From Azolla caroliniana (Eukaryota; Plantae; Polypodiophyta): DNA of 64,000 nucleotides. Of this stretch, positions 1 to 12,823 are shown piece by piece. Each line of letters begins with the position of its first letter. Position 1 is the first letter of the stretch. The stretch lies in NCBI GenBank assembly GCA_043228905.1, contig JBHGNT010000004.1:24490001-24554000 (forward strand), in the 5' to 3' direction. The notes below the pieces were generated by a model. It saw only the letters and a program-made list of their open reading frames with translations. It did no database searches and was not told the origin of the DNA. The position numbers and the translations under genes were made by a program.

Positions 1-16
1 TTTTCTATTACATACG

Positions 17-167
17 GGAACTCGATACTGCGGATCGAGTTCCTGTGTAAAGTATGTGTTTTATACATGAACTCGATACCTTGTATCGAGTTCATGTTTA
101 AATTTTGTGTTTTATACATGAACTCAATATGCCGTATCGAGTTATTGTATAAAACACAAAATTTAAA
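17..167. repeat. Array of three palindromic GAACTCGAT...ATCGAGTTC units; probably subterminal repeats of a DNA transposon running off the left edge
   Basis: Units start near 17, 66 and 119 (about 51-bp period). There is a perfect 22-bp inverted repeat, 97-118 (tttaaattttgtgttttataca) against 146-167. Confidence 0.6.
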
Positions 168-670
168 TAGGAATATTGTGTCTTTGGGGGAACAATTTGG
201 TATGTGTGAAAAGATACCAATTTTATGTCCAATTCAGACTTTTTTAGTGACATTTGTTACATTTTGTAACATTTAGCGGCCTTACTTAAAAAGGTTTTAT
301 GACCTATAATAGCTTAAAATAATAGAAAATAACCCATGAATTACCTTTATGATATACCAAATTTAAGTCTATCGTATTAAAATTCTCAACAATATGGATA
401 TGGAATCAATATAAGCCATACCTACCCTTCAATATCATACATATCCTGGTATAATTATTAAGATATATAATTTTCGAAGTTGAATAGCCCTTACTAGATT
501 TAAATTCTGAATAAAGGTCTATCATGTTCACAGAAGGTATGATTGATATTTAGAGTTTAGCATAAATCGCCTACTAATTTTTGTCTTGATCTACTTATGT
601 ATATTTTAATAAGTAACCTTAATCTAGGGAACCAACTAGCTTATATTTTCGCACGTCCTTTCTTAAATAG

Positions 671-3600
671 GTCATTTGAGAACTTGTCGGACCGACCTGT
701 GAAGAAAATAAAGCTCCGGCTTCAGGGCTCTCCAATTGAGACCCGGAAACTAATAGTTCCTCAGAACATGAAGAGAGGAAAAAAAACTTCTCTTTAACGA
801 GGAGACAAAATCTCAACCATCTGATGATGTTAGCCAAAAGAAAATGTTAGCAGCTACTGGTGGTGAGGGCCTTCCTGACCGTGATCTAACGGAAAAGGAA
901 TGGTGTATGTAGTACGTCGACTCCAACAAAAAAGTCGTGCTTTATACAGCAAAGAAGAAGGGTGATGATCAGCTTGAAAATGACACCGCATTTATGTATG
1001 GCCATATTCTACGATTTGACTAAGAATGTTTAGATTCAACCAACATTCTTGTAATGATAGAGTGCTCGAAGGGGGTACGTAAAGTGTACCTTTCTGAAGA
1101 TCGACTAGTAAAGGAATCTTGTGGGCCAGAATCTTTTAAAAAAGATCTACGAAGCTCACAAAACCTTATTGTCACCTTGAGGCCTTATATACAAGGCCAT
1201 GTAACTCTAAGGGAGCCCTTTCCCTCCCTAGTGAAGGCCTCGAAAAGGGCATCTAAAGTGCAATCAAGACCAGCAAAAAAGAAGACCACTAAAATGTCAG
1301 ACTCCGACTCATGAAGCTCAAATGAAGATGAGGACACTAGGGGGACACCAGGTGTTGAGCTGGCATCGAGTGTGTTGTCATCCAAGTAGAATAAGATACG
1401 GAGAGAGTTAATGCAGCATAAATTGGTGAGAAAAGGGCAAGTGTTTAATTTGCCTATAACACACATCCATCGGCCCCCTGTAGATGAAAAAACAGGACGA
1501 AGACCACTTGAGATCAGAGAGCCACACCGAATGCATGTTCAAAATCTCAAGAAAAAAATGAAAATTAATCCACATGCTACCGTTGTGTCTTTTATTGTTA
1601 TGGTGGATCCCGAAGAATGTGAAGCCACTAAAGAATTCAACATAAGAAAGCATGATCAATACAATTACTTTGTAATTGGAAGATCGCATTCGGCGGAGGC
1701 ACGTCAGCAACTTGTGAGAGAACATCCAATGACTTTCTTCTTCAAGTATGCCGAGTGCAAAATTTAGGTGTGCCTCAAAACTGAAGAGGCAAAGCTATTG
1801 GCATGGGACCACAATAATGATAATGACTATAGGGAGAAAATGTCATCGATTGAGCGTATAAGGTTCTTCCACCACTATTACTTGGACGTCAAACAAAAGT
1901 TCGGTGTGAAGCTACATCCAGGCCTACGACGTCAATGCTAGCATGAAGTCGGCATTGTGGTGGATGATAATGTTAAGTCCGATGGTCTTCGGAAATATGA
2001 GTCCTAGTTTCAACTTGCCTTTAGAGATGGAGAAGTATGGGACCTACAAGATCAAATCTTCTCAATGTGGGAGAATAAGGAGGTCAAGGGTCAACGACAA
2101 AAGAAATGTAAGGTAGACCCTCAACTAGAATTAAAGTCACAAGCGGCCAAGAAAATTGATTTGACAATGGAAGAAGCGGCTGACGACATGAAGCTGTCTC
2201 TATGGAGAGCGATGCAAGGTATTAAGGACGAGCAGCTTCTTGTGTCTGTTTTGTCAAGGGTTGTGGCGAAAGATTTAAGCCGTGAAGAAATGGTCACTGA
2301 GTTCAATAAGTAAGTCTTTCAAATAGTGATATTGAATTCAATATGGTGCAATTGAAAGTTCTAATCTCGTTTTCTAATTTCACAATCATAAGGTGTACAT
2401 GAAGATCCAAGAAGTTATGATGAAACAACTTGGATGTATAACTTGGGAACAAGTGACCGAGGATTATCCTCTGACGTCTTCATTTAAGGCGTTATCCGAG
2501 TATTTTATTGCATTCAAGGATTAGGTTAGTATTGGTGTTTTTCATTAAGCTTTCCTCATATGTAGAGGTTGTGTAATAATAATTGATGACTTATTGCTTC
2601 TATTAGAAACCGTGTCGTGGCAAGAAACAAGGAGAAGATAAGGATATACACGATTTCCCGACATCCTTCCTTGCACATCTCGAGAGAGCCAGACAAGAAA
2701 AGGATCGTCGCTTAGTCAAGGCATATGAAATTGAGGAAGATGGCTCCTTCAAAAAATTTAGCCACAAAAAGGATATTACGAGAGATCTTTACTACAACGT
2801 GATTTACGGCGATGTCGTTGACATGATCCAAAAAGTGCCAAAGAAGGAATATACGCTAATGATTGCTGATATTCCATACGAATTTCAAATGGCAGGGTCA
2901 TCATACGACGATGAACCATTTAGGTTCAAACAGTTAGAGAAGATGGTCAAGGATTTTGCTGAGCTAATGATTGCATCCTTGTGGAGGATAGTTGTCTTTC
3001 ATAGTATGGACCAAGGGTACTCGGTAGCTCAAGCTTTGAGATCTCGTTGCCATGGCATCGAGAACCTTACATGGTAAGGATTATTTATAAGTCTCATTCA
3101 CTATATTGCCTTTCTTAAGATTGTTCAATCTATTCTTAACTCGATGCAATATTTGTTATAGGATAAAAACCAATGTCAATAGAGGGCCAACCTTTCGGTT
3201 CGTAAATGTCATTGAATACATTACGGTTGGCTACTTCGATGAAATAAAGAAACAAAGAATCAAGGAGCATTCTAATGAAGTTAGAGGTTCAAATCTACTA
3301 ACACGGAAATTGCGACATGCCACCACGACAGAACGGGGACTTGTCAACCCATACCAAAAACCTCAACGACTTATGATGAGCTTGATCAAGATGTTTTCTG
3401 TAGAAGGAGATTGGATATTAAACCTCTTTTCTAGCACAAGTATTCCTCAAACTAGGTTAACAATCTTGAGATAACCAATACTGAATCTTTTTTGTTTGAA
3501 AACTAATTCTTCCTGTTACTTTCTTCACATGGACAACATTTGCATGTGCATTGAAGCTCTTTACAAACACAATTTCATTGGAGAAGGACGAGGAGCAAGT

Positions 3601-3878
3601 TATATTTATAAAAATGAGGATTAAGGCTTTGTGGGAGTGCCCAGACCAGGACGAGGAGGTCGGTGCAAAGAACCTCGCTGATACCGAAAGGTTCTGCTTC
3701 ACAAGAGCCTATTCCTCTGTTAGCCGGGGAACCGGGGGAGCTAATAGAGCTTGATGATGAGCTTATAGAAAATATTTCGTTGGCTCGGCTAACAGGGGAA
3801 GACAACGCATGTATAGCCGAAGAGACTTCTATACAGGATGAAGAAGAAAATGACATTGACGATTTGCTTGATATGTAA
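671..3878 (+). pseudogene. Decayed, intron-containing gene for a ParB/Srx-like domain fused to a beta-class N6-adenine/N4-cytosine DNA methyltransferase, with an acidic C-terminal tail
   Basis: ORFs 1054, 1411 and 2065 share one frame broken by stops. ParB-like motifs: LEIREPHRMHVQNLKKKM, YFVIGRSHSAEA, EEAKLLAWDHN, MSSIERIRF. MTase motifs in beta order: IYGDVVDMIQKVPKKEYTLMIADIPY (motif IV), WIKTN..FVNVIEYI, NPYQKPQRLMMSLIKMFSVEGDWILNLFSST(G)TTFACALKL..ISLEKD (motifs X, I, II). Introns at about 2310-2385, 2525-2606, 3074-3161 and 3440-3530 keep the reading phase. Confidence 0.85.
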
Positions 3879-4989
3879 TAGACTCTTTTGTTCACGAAAT
3901 GTATTGTTTGGAATTCACATTACCAATATAAATTTTGGGTTTTACTTGGTGTATTCCAATCTTTATAATCTTCTATATGTTTCAATTTTATTTCTATATA
4001 CTTGGTTTGTAGACTTATGACATTAGTTTCACTGCGTGCATTGCTGACTACCAATATGGAGAAACATGGATTAGTTTAAATTAAGGCTGATTTTGGTCAG
4101 ACTTTACCTTAACATAACATGCTCGTAGAATTGTTGCCATGATTGTCCATGTTGTTATTTGTGGTCAATTATTGAGATTGTCATTCCGTGTCTAATATAT
4201 ACCAGTCCATATTATAGATCTTTGTCTTCTATTGTTAAAAATGTTATATTTCTCTTCCTTTGCTGCTTAGATTGTGTAGTGTGTTAATAATGGTTCCACT
4301 AGCGTTATCCGCATGTTTTTATACGCTTGTAGTTCCACTAGCATTATCGTTCAGAGTTTGATCCCGTGTGAATCACCTAAGAAATAGATTAGATCAACTT
4401 TAAATACAAGTATTAAATACCTTAATAAGTTAGTTATTCCAATCACATTATCCTAAAGTTCACCATCCTACATTGTCCACAATTATATACATGCGAGTAT
4501 GGGTCAAAGTACAAATTATAACTCATTTTATTAGTATGGTTACAAGTACACCTCATATTTTTGTAAAACTTACCAAATTAATATAAGTCTTTAACTTAGT
4601 GTTTCCCATGTTGCACATTAATGAGATATTGAACCATTGTTGAACTTTATTATGCCTACATTAACTTATCAACACATCCAAACTTATTTGAATTTCTAAT
4701 GATCTCCACTCGTAGACCTATCATGTATTTTTATATTTGCAAATTCTAATCAAGTTGTGGAACATGTGATACTAGTGCATCCAATTTTTGTAGAGAGGGT
4801 ATATTTGGATATTTTCAAGAAGATTCTACAAGTGGAATGCGCGATCCTTCCACTTGTGAATGCGAACGTGTTTATGCAATCTATTGTCTGTTCAATGTTT
4901 TACACTTGATCAATTGGAGAGTCGTCGATGTGTGTGGTAGACCATATACACACGGGTTTCACTACATATGGGAACTGTTTTGGTTAAGC

Positions 4990-7500
4990 CAGTTTTGATT
5001 TCTAAAGTAAGGGTTGCTTTGGATGCAATTGGCTCCCCTGTATGCCTTGGTATTGATGGGCTTTCAACAAATTTTTTTCGGAATTATTGAGAATTTATTG
5101 GGAATGACATTAAACTATTGTATTCTAAGAGGTGTTTGACGCTAGAATTATGCCAAGTAAATGGACAGAAGGTATGATATTAGGAAGTGGTGACCTATTA
5201 CTATATTGAATACTATTACAAAATATATGCTAAGTTGTTGGCTATGAGATTGCAAGCATTTTTAACAGACATCATTCATAACACTCAAACAGGGTTCTTA
5301 CAAGATAGGAGTATGGGGTTCTGGGTAAGTACCACAGTAAAACCCTTGTGTTGTCCACAGGAAGGGTTTCAATGGATTCCGCATGGTAAACTTGTAAGAT
5401 ACTTAGGATGTCAGGTAGGTATTAACCTTTCGCCGTAAGATCATCTAGCTCCTTTGTTGCTTGCTATAAGGAAGAAATTGCTATGTTGGAATGTTGCGAA
5501 ATTGTCATTGGCAGGTAGGGTTGTTGTTGTCAATCAAGAATTGTTGGCTTCCATGTGGTACATTTTGTCGGTTTGGTTGTGTTCACGTTCCGCTTGATCA
5601 CAAGTACAAAGGTTTATTAGAAATTTCCTTTAGGGATCTAAAGATTGTTCATATGTGAGAGACAAAGTATCTTGGAAAGTTATTACAGGTCCAAAGGATG
5701 AGGGTGGTCTTGGATTGATTGATCCTCTATTACAATGTAAGGCTTTTTGGGGGAAATTTATTATAAGAGGCTTGTTGCCAGGTGGGGAGCCCATAGAAAA
5801 AAATCTTAAGGCACAAAATGGTTAAGGTTATGCCTTCTATAGGTGGCAACTGGCAAATAATATTAGATGGTGGTTTTTAAGTCAAGATTTTAATCATTCC
5901 ATTGATATTTTTCAATAGGATATTAAGTTTTTTAGAGGTATCATGAAGGCATGGTGGGATTTGAAACATAACTTGGTCCAATCTCTACCATCATGTATGG
6001 AGGAATGATTGTGCCAACCCCTCATAATGAACCCATTGTTTCTATCAGAGGAGGGGGTAATGTTAGGGAAAAGAACTAGGTTGAAGTGGGCCGATTTTGA
6101 GAGAGGAGAAGCTGGATCAGTAAGGAATTGGCTGAAATTTTCTTCTTTGACAATGGAAAACAAAACCCATGCTTGTTGCACAATTTGCGGTGGGAACATT
6201 ATGTATGCAGAAATTGATACAATGTTTACGATGTCTTCCTTTCAGCCTTCTCAAATTAGTTTATTTAGGTATGGTATGTTTTCATCTTTACATGTCTTGT
6301 TGGGGGTCAGGGGTTATAAAAACTCTCGTGATTGTCTTTATTTTGATGTTTTGCGTCTTTATTTCTATCCTTATGGAAGACGACGTTGTAACTCAAGGGA
6401 GTATGTTGCTTGTTCGTATATTGTGGAAGAACAATAAAAAATGGATGTTGAATCCACATCCAAATGATATAAACTGTTTATTTGAATCGTGAGCCTACGA
6501 GAATAAGCCCATTAATCACCTTTTGTGGGATCCCAATGAATAGAAATGGCAAAGCATATCAACACAAGGAATTCTAGGTACACTAATCCCATTTTTTTAG
6601 TACTCGGTAAAAATGGGTAGAGAATTGCTAAGGAGGCGTATGGTTGTTACGTTAGCAACGTGTAAATTGTGGAGTTTAGGTACTGTACAACACTCTTGGT
6701 TGAATGCTTATTGGAAATGGCTATGGGCCATTCAAATTCCTAGAAAAGTTGTCTTGTTTAGATGGTTGTTGGTACATTATGGCATTCCTATGAAGTCATG
6801 GATGAGGGGCCATTGCAACGATTTAAAATGTGACAGTTATGGTTTTCCTAGTGAAACGGTTCACCATGTTTTATGGGTATGTCCTATTGCTAGAGCAGTA
6901 TGGAAAAGAATGTTGAGAATTTTGTATCCTATTTATGGTAAACAAGTGTACACATGGGGTTTTGTGAGCTGGGGAAGGTTGGCTGAAGACACAGAATTAT
7001 GAAAGGGACTATGTTGATTTTCTTCTCCTCTCCGATGGAAGACATGTATTGGAGGTCTCTTATATTACACCAATCCATTGTTCAGAAGAGGATAAGGTTT
7101 GGTCTACGATATCTTCTTTAGTAGTTTGGGTATTATTGAAGGCAAGATGTAAGTATGTATTTCAGAAAGTCAAACCGAATGCGATGGAGTTAGTCAAGGA
7201 GATATGGTTGATGCTCTTGCATACTCTAAGAGGTCAATATGAGGCAACACCTAGTGAGCCTGATGTTGTGTTTCGTAAGCAAAAACATTTTCGGGAAATT
7301 TGGAAAAAGACAAAGGGCTTCACCTTTTTGGGGGAGAGAATATAGTGGAGATATGCTCCACCAAGATGGCTTTTTCCACCCCCCACCGTGGAAGGACACT
7401 GCATGAGGGCTTCCGCTACTAGACATGTTGACTAAAGTGGGTAGGAGGGTTATATTTTATTGTATGGATTCTTTGTAGCCTTTGGGCATCTTTTCATTAA
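4990..7500 (+). mobile_element. 5'-truncated, decayed L1-type LINE (RT, zf-RVT and C-terminus)
   Basis: Fragments read GIDGLSTNFFRNY*EFIGND, KIYAKLLAMRLQ..IIHNTQTGF, RYLGCQVG, LSLAGRVVV, PKDEGGLG, WKWLWAIQIPRKVVLFRW..ETVHHVLWVCPIARAVW and a terminal WRYAPPRWLFPPP. Many stops and frameshifts. Confidence 0.9.
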
Positions 7501-7529
7501 TACCAACGTGAATCTTGACTTGAAAAATA

Positions 7530-8120
7530 TGAAAAAGAAAGATATGTTTGCATGGAGCTATGATGATATAAAAGGAGTACCTAGAAGTAGTGATAGACAC
7601 TATTTTGATGAAAGGAGTGAAGCTAGTCCTTTAACGCCCTAGACCCATGAACCTATGGTATGCACAATAGGTAAAGGAAGATGTAGATAAAATGCAAGAT
7701 GCCGACATCATCTACTAAATAGAATGCACAACCAGGGTATCTCTTGTCAGCATTGTCCCTAAGAAGGAACAATAAAATTAGAATGTGTAGATTTTCGGAA
7801 GGTGAATGAACCTACCATTTGCGGTAGCTATTTGGTCTCTGTATTGAGCACCTCCTTGAAGACATTGTTGTGAATGACACATATTTTTATTGATGCCCTT
7901 TTGGGGTGGGTATAATCAAATAATGACAGCCCCTAACCATCATCATAAAACAAAATTTTCTTACAGAGTTTAGCATGTTCCCCAACAAACAAATGCCTTT
8001 TGTAGTAACTAGTGCTTTATGCACACATTAACGAGGTGCCAACCATATCTTTGACTTTAAGGTCCAAAACAAAGTTGACTCATACATGGAAGACCTTGTT
8101 CTAACTAATGGGAAGAAAAT
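7530..8120 (+). mobile_element. Decayed Ty3/gypsy reverse transcriptase remnant
   Basis: KDMFAWSYDDIKGVP, then IVPKK, an RMCVDFRKVN-like segment and a GYNQI-like segment across frameshifts. Confidence 0.65.
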
Positions 8121-8958
8121 TTGATTCTACTTCATGCCATATTTACGAAGTCTTGAGTACCGACCCTTGTTGAACCCATTTATATTTGCCGATTCTTAGC
8201 TCAACATGGTGTTATATTGGGTCATGCCACCGACAAAATTGGTATTATGACCAACAAAGCCAATGTCAAGCTTACCCTCGATATGCATGATCGCACTATC
8301 GAGAAACAACTCCATGATTTTATGGGATATGTTAGCTACTAAAGGAGTTTCAATAAAATGCTTTGCCTCTAAGCTCCAATACAAAGTTCACTCATGCATG
8401 TATGGCCTTTTATTGTCACTCCTCATGGGAAGAACATCTGATTGTACTCAATGTCATATTTACAACTCAAGTTGTGGTGGTTGAGAAAAGCTCATGGAGA
8501 CACATCTATTAGTGATAAAGGTGCTAGTACTAGAAAAGGCACAAAGAAATATTATTGCCGTAATGCTCAAACCATACTCCTTCAACAAGGTGCAATGCTA
8601 GATGAAGCAATAATACAGGCAACACAATTAGGGACACACAATATGCATGCTAAGCTCAAACATGCAGGGGCAAATTCATCCTATAAACAATATAACAAGG
8701 TGACCTCATGGACAATCAAGAATGTTTTTTCCTTTAGTTCTATAATTTTATTATTAGTATATGCACAAGAGAGATTGTATAAGTAATGTTAATTACAAAC
8801 ACTACCTTATATATAATAATAATATAATAGTTGGTTTATTGTATTTATAGCTTTGGTGGACAAGGCAACATTGTTACATGTACTCCAAGCATACATGAAG
8901 ACAAATACAAATCAAAAGAATCCTTTGTTTAGACCTAGGCTTAGCCATAGACTTAAGA

Positions 8959-9052
8959 AATGAAATTGATAAATCGTATGTGATCGATGACTAATGCAAA
9001 TGAATGAAATTGATAAATCGTATGTGATCGATGACTAATGCAATGAATGAAA
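8959..9052. repeat. About 44-bp direct tandem duplication
   Basis: aatgaaattgataaatcgtatgtgatcgatgactaatgca occurs twice in tandem. Confidence 0.85.
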
Positions 9053-10123
9053 TCGACACGCTACTAGCGAGCTTCTATGAAACTTGCAAAGGAGCAATCG
9101 ATGAATGGATATTTCAAGTTCTCAACAAAGACAAGGATGAGACCACACAAAGAAATGACATTTCAAAAGAAAATGTTTCTTTGAAGTCTTTATTAGAGGA
9201 TGGAGTTTATCCGACAAGAAGAAAACCAAACCACCACACTAAGGAGCTATACCACATTCCTTGCCACTCCATCACCCTAAGTTTTTAAAACCCCACACTT
9301 TGTAAGGGTGTTCACCCACAAACAATGGTCTAACAAATATAGATATGGAATTACCGTTAGGAATTACTTCTAACAACAATTATTTCATTTTGGTCAATGA
9401 AACTTTAAGAAATCAATATCAGCCTTTTTGAAACTAAAAAAAAGGTCCACTTAATATGTTTTTAGGTACTTTTCAATGCAAAGAACTTCAATATCAATAG
9501 TTTAATAACTTTGGCGGTAAGGCTAAAACGTAGACCTTGGAGGAAAATGATCGCAGTCATCAAAAATTTGTAACTACCAATGATCTGAATATCATTATCA
9601 TAATCTCTCTTAAATCCAACATTCAAGTACCCGGACCCTGAGTCTCTTTCTTAATGCAACTGTTTTATGCTAAACCCTTCACTAATCTCTCTTGAATCCA
9701 CTTATCTATCTTACCCACCTCAGAAATCTATTTTTAATCCACAAATCTTACCTTGATTCCTCTCATTAATCTCTTAATTTAATAGTTATATTCGTTTACA
9801 TATTATTAGCACCAATAAAGTTAAAATTCAGACTTATCACAATACCGTAGGCATACATTCGGAACAAGTAAATATTGCAAGCATTTCTTGGAGTTTCCCC
9901 TCTCGTTATCAATCAAACAATAAACTCGTCTGGGATCAATTTCTGCTTTTAATATAAGATTAAGCAACGTATCTTTTTGTCCAATCTTCAATGTTGATAA
10001 TAGCCAATAGTCCGGAGCAAGACAGTGAAGTTTTGCTTTGCATTGGAATTGTCTTTGGATCTCTAAATAAAAGTGCAACCACACCAAAACATTATATATC
10101 ACATTGAACTTGGAGCTCTCATA

Positions 10124-11417
10124 TCAAATATATCCGAGCTCTGACACAGCTGTTAGCATTGCATTGCTTGATTGTTTCGCGAAATGTCGTTGCCTCCACT
10201 GGACATAGGGGTAAGTTATTCTAGAAAGTAGTTTTGCTGGCTTTGAGAATGAAAGAACCTCATACCAAACACTATCATCTTCTTCCCACTTCACAGCGAA
10301 CATTTCTTCACCAGCCTTCATATAACATTGCATTTTATTTTATTTTTATCTCAGTCAACATGTCTAGTGATTTTCCATAGTTTGAAAAAGCAATCTCCAT
10401 TTAAAATAAGCAAATTCTCTAGGTATAATATAAGACATAAAAAACACATTATCTTTTCAGCACAATCTCTAATTTCAAGTTGCATCAATGAAGCTATTGA
10501 ACCAAATGAACTGAACTATAGTAACTAAAATGAAGTCTCTTTGTAGGGTTAACATGCTAAATGTCAGGACACCTTTGCGATTTGTATAACTAGTCAAAAA
10601 CCTTATGAAAACATCGGCCTTTTCAGTGGGATTCTTTTCTATTCTTGACAAGGATCAAAGGGCCTACCCTCTTATCTAATCCTGCAGCTTTTGCTATTGA
10701 GGGATAAATCATATGAGTTTGACTACCATAACTCGCAATGATTATCACACTTTTCAACTGAACTGCTGAAGGGCATTAGAATCACTTACCAATAGGTGCC
10801 CTTCAAGAGTACCACTTCCGAACGCAAAATATGCTCTTGTGTTTGGTTTAATGAGAACAGAAGACACATCCTTTTGTGTTCGCTGGACTTCATTAACATA
10901 CAGTATCTCCAAAGGTGTGGTAATCCATGTCATCAATTCATTGACACAAACACAAAATTTCTGATGGACTCTGATAGGAGTGCTCGGATCTACTGAAGCC
11001 CATCCTAGCTGGAAATGCCTGCACATCTTATAAAGGACTGTCCCACATTCACCCAAAAAAAGAGAGGGGAAGAGTCATTACCTCCATCTCTTGAGACATT
11101 CTTTTGCTCTTCGGAAAGTTGCTTCTCCTGTTCCAAGCCGAATGCGAACGGAATTGAGAGCATATCCATCTTTTCGGAGATTGTCTTCGATGTGGTGAGA
11201 AAAGGGCTCTGCTTGGGTATTGCCCACATACTTCTCATCATAATTGAACCCCCCTGATCTGACCAACAACAACAATAGCAGCAACAATTACCTCTGTTCT
11301 TCAAACAGAGAGCAGGGAGGAGAATTTAGGTAACCCATATACACAGACACACCTAATCCTTGCAAGGTAATCCTTTTGTTTCTCGGATGAAGGAGAAGCC
11401 CATGAAATGCATATCAT
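10124..11417 (-). CDS. UPF0548/DUF1990 family protein (At2g17695-like), 4 exons: 11417-11353, 11258-11082, 11018-10790, 10315-10124
   Basis: Spliced product MICISWASPS..GGFNYDEKY..RLGTGEATFRRAKECLKRWRHFQLGWASVD..FAFGSGTLEGHLLAGEEMFAVKWEEDDSVWYEVLSFSKPA. All junctions are GT-AG and in phase. Confidence 0.92.
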
Positions 11418-11426
11418 CTTCTTCTT

Positions 11427-11456
<30 letters not shown>
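11418..11456. repeat. (CTT/GAA)n microsatellite directly abutting the UPF0548 start codon
   Basis: About 13 CTT units on the + strand immediately 5' of the ATG at 11417 (minus strand). Confidence 0.9.
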
Positions 11457-11457
<1 letters not shown>

Positions 11458-11982
11458 TGGGAAGAAGCAAAAGCAAGCACATGCAGGGGTATACATACAT
11501 ATATATACATAGAATGAGAATGACATATCTTTGGCTAGTTCATGGAATCATGTCTTCTTCAACACATGCTTTTGCGTCTTTCCCAAGTGTTAGGTCTTGT
11601 CTTTCCCAAGTGTTAGGTCTTTGAGTTTGATTTGGTCGCGCGCTTAAATTTTTGTCCGGTGTCCAAATTAGTCCCAACCACCGGACACTTGAATTGTTGT
11701 GTTGGCTTACATTCTCAGAATCCTTATTCGTCTAGTATTTTTAGCCGATCGGGTGCCCAGCCAAACGAAGCTCCTTGTATTTGTTTTTCACTTTTAGATG
11801 AACTAAGAACCTCTCGATTGCCCATCCCCTTAAGATCAGGAATAACCCTTTAATGATGTCAAACCAATCAATTTGAACTCTAAAGAGCACGCTTTAGCCG
11901 GTTCCCTAATAGTTTCTTGAAACCTTGCCTTTTATGAGTGAAAAACTAGCAATGCATTGACCGTTGCTTTAGTCATTCCTAC

Positions 11983-12268
11983 CATAGTACGTAAAATTCG
12001 TGTTCGTCTAGTATAACATTCGTTTTCCTACGTTGGAAAACGAATGCGAATGTTATCCAAACATTCTTGTGTTTTTTTTTTTGTTTTTTTCCCATTTTTT
12101 TAATGTTTTTTTTGTTTTTTTTTTTCATTTTTAGGCTTATCTACCTCATAATAAATAGTTAATCCAAAAGTATGATATTTATCATTCTTTGAGGGTGTTT
12201 TTCTTTCGCGAATGTTTGAATCATTCGCGAATGCGAATGCACGTATGTTACGTATGGTTCATACTATG
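11983..12268. mobile_element. hAT-type MITE with an 8-bp target-site duplication
   Basis: Termini CATAGTA...TACTATG. Perfect TSD ATTCCTAC at 11975-11982 and 12269-12276. Internal CGAATG/CATTCG subterminal repeats. Confidence 0.85.
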
Positions 12269-12823
12269 ATTCCTACCATGATAGCCCCATTCAAATTAAC
12301 CTAGAATACTTTTTTTTTAAACACTTGGATAACCGATTTTGCACCTTGAAATCTTCGCAACAATTTCATTCATATACGTTTCAATATTCTTGTGCTTCCT
12401 TGCTATAGAGGCAAGCGAATCATATTTGAATGGTTCTTTCTCATAACCCCATGTCATAGAATATGTAGATTGAAACTAAATTTAGTATTGTGTGCCTTCA
12501 AATGACTAGGTGTTGTCGTGCTAATGGTGGCCATTAATTGACAATGGATGGATGGTAATTGGTAGTGAGGACATAAGCTAGTTGGATTTCATTATGAATG
12601 AAGTACTTTGTGGTGTATGATCAGTAGTGAGAAGCATCCAATACACAAGGTTAACACCACAAGAAGAAATAGAGTCAACATAGAATAATGGTCAAACCAA
12701 AAAAGGTTTACCAACAAGAAGTAGTGCAATGTCATGGCACCGCTCACAGTAACCAATTGGTCATTCAAAAAAGAACATTACTAGTGGCGATTATTAGAGG
12801 AGCAATGCTATGCTATGATGACA

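Noticed and set aside
671-3878. Bacterial or phage contamination as the source of the ParB-MTase
   Set aside because: It has phase-consistent GT-AG type introns, plant-like transition decay and an adjacent plant LINE, so it reads as nuclear plant DNA.
4828-4857. 10-bp stem hairpin as a Helitron 3' end
   Set aside because: No CTRR terminus at the expected distance downstream.
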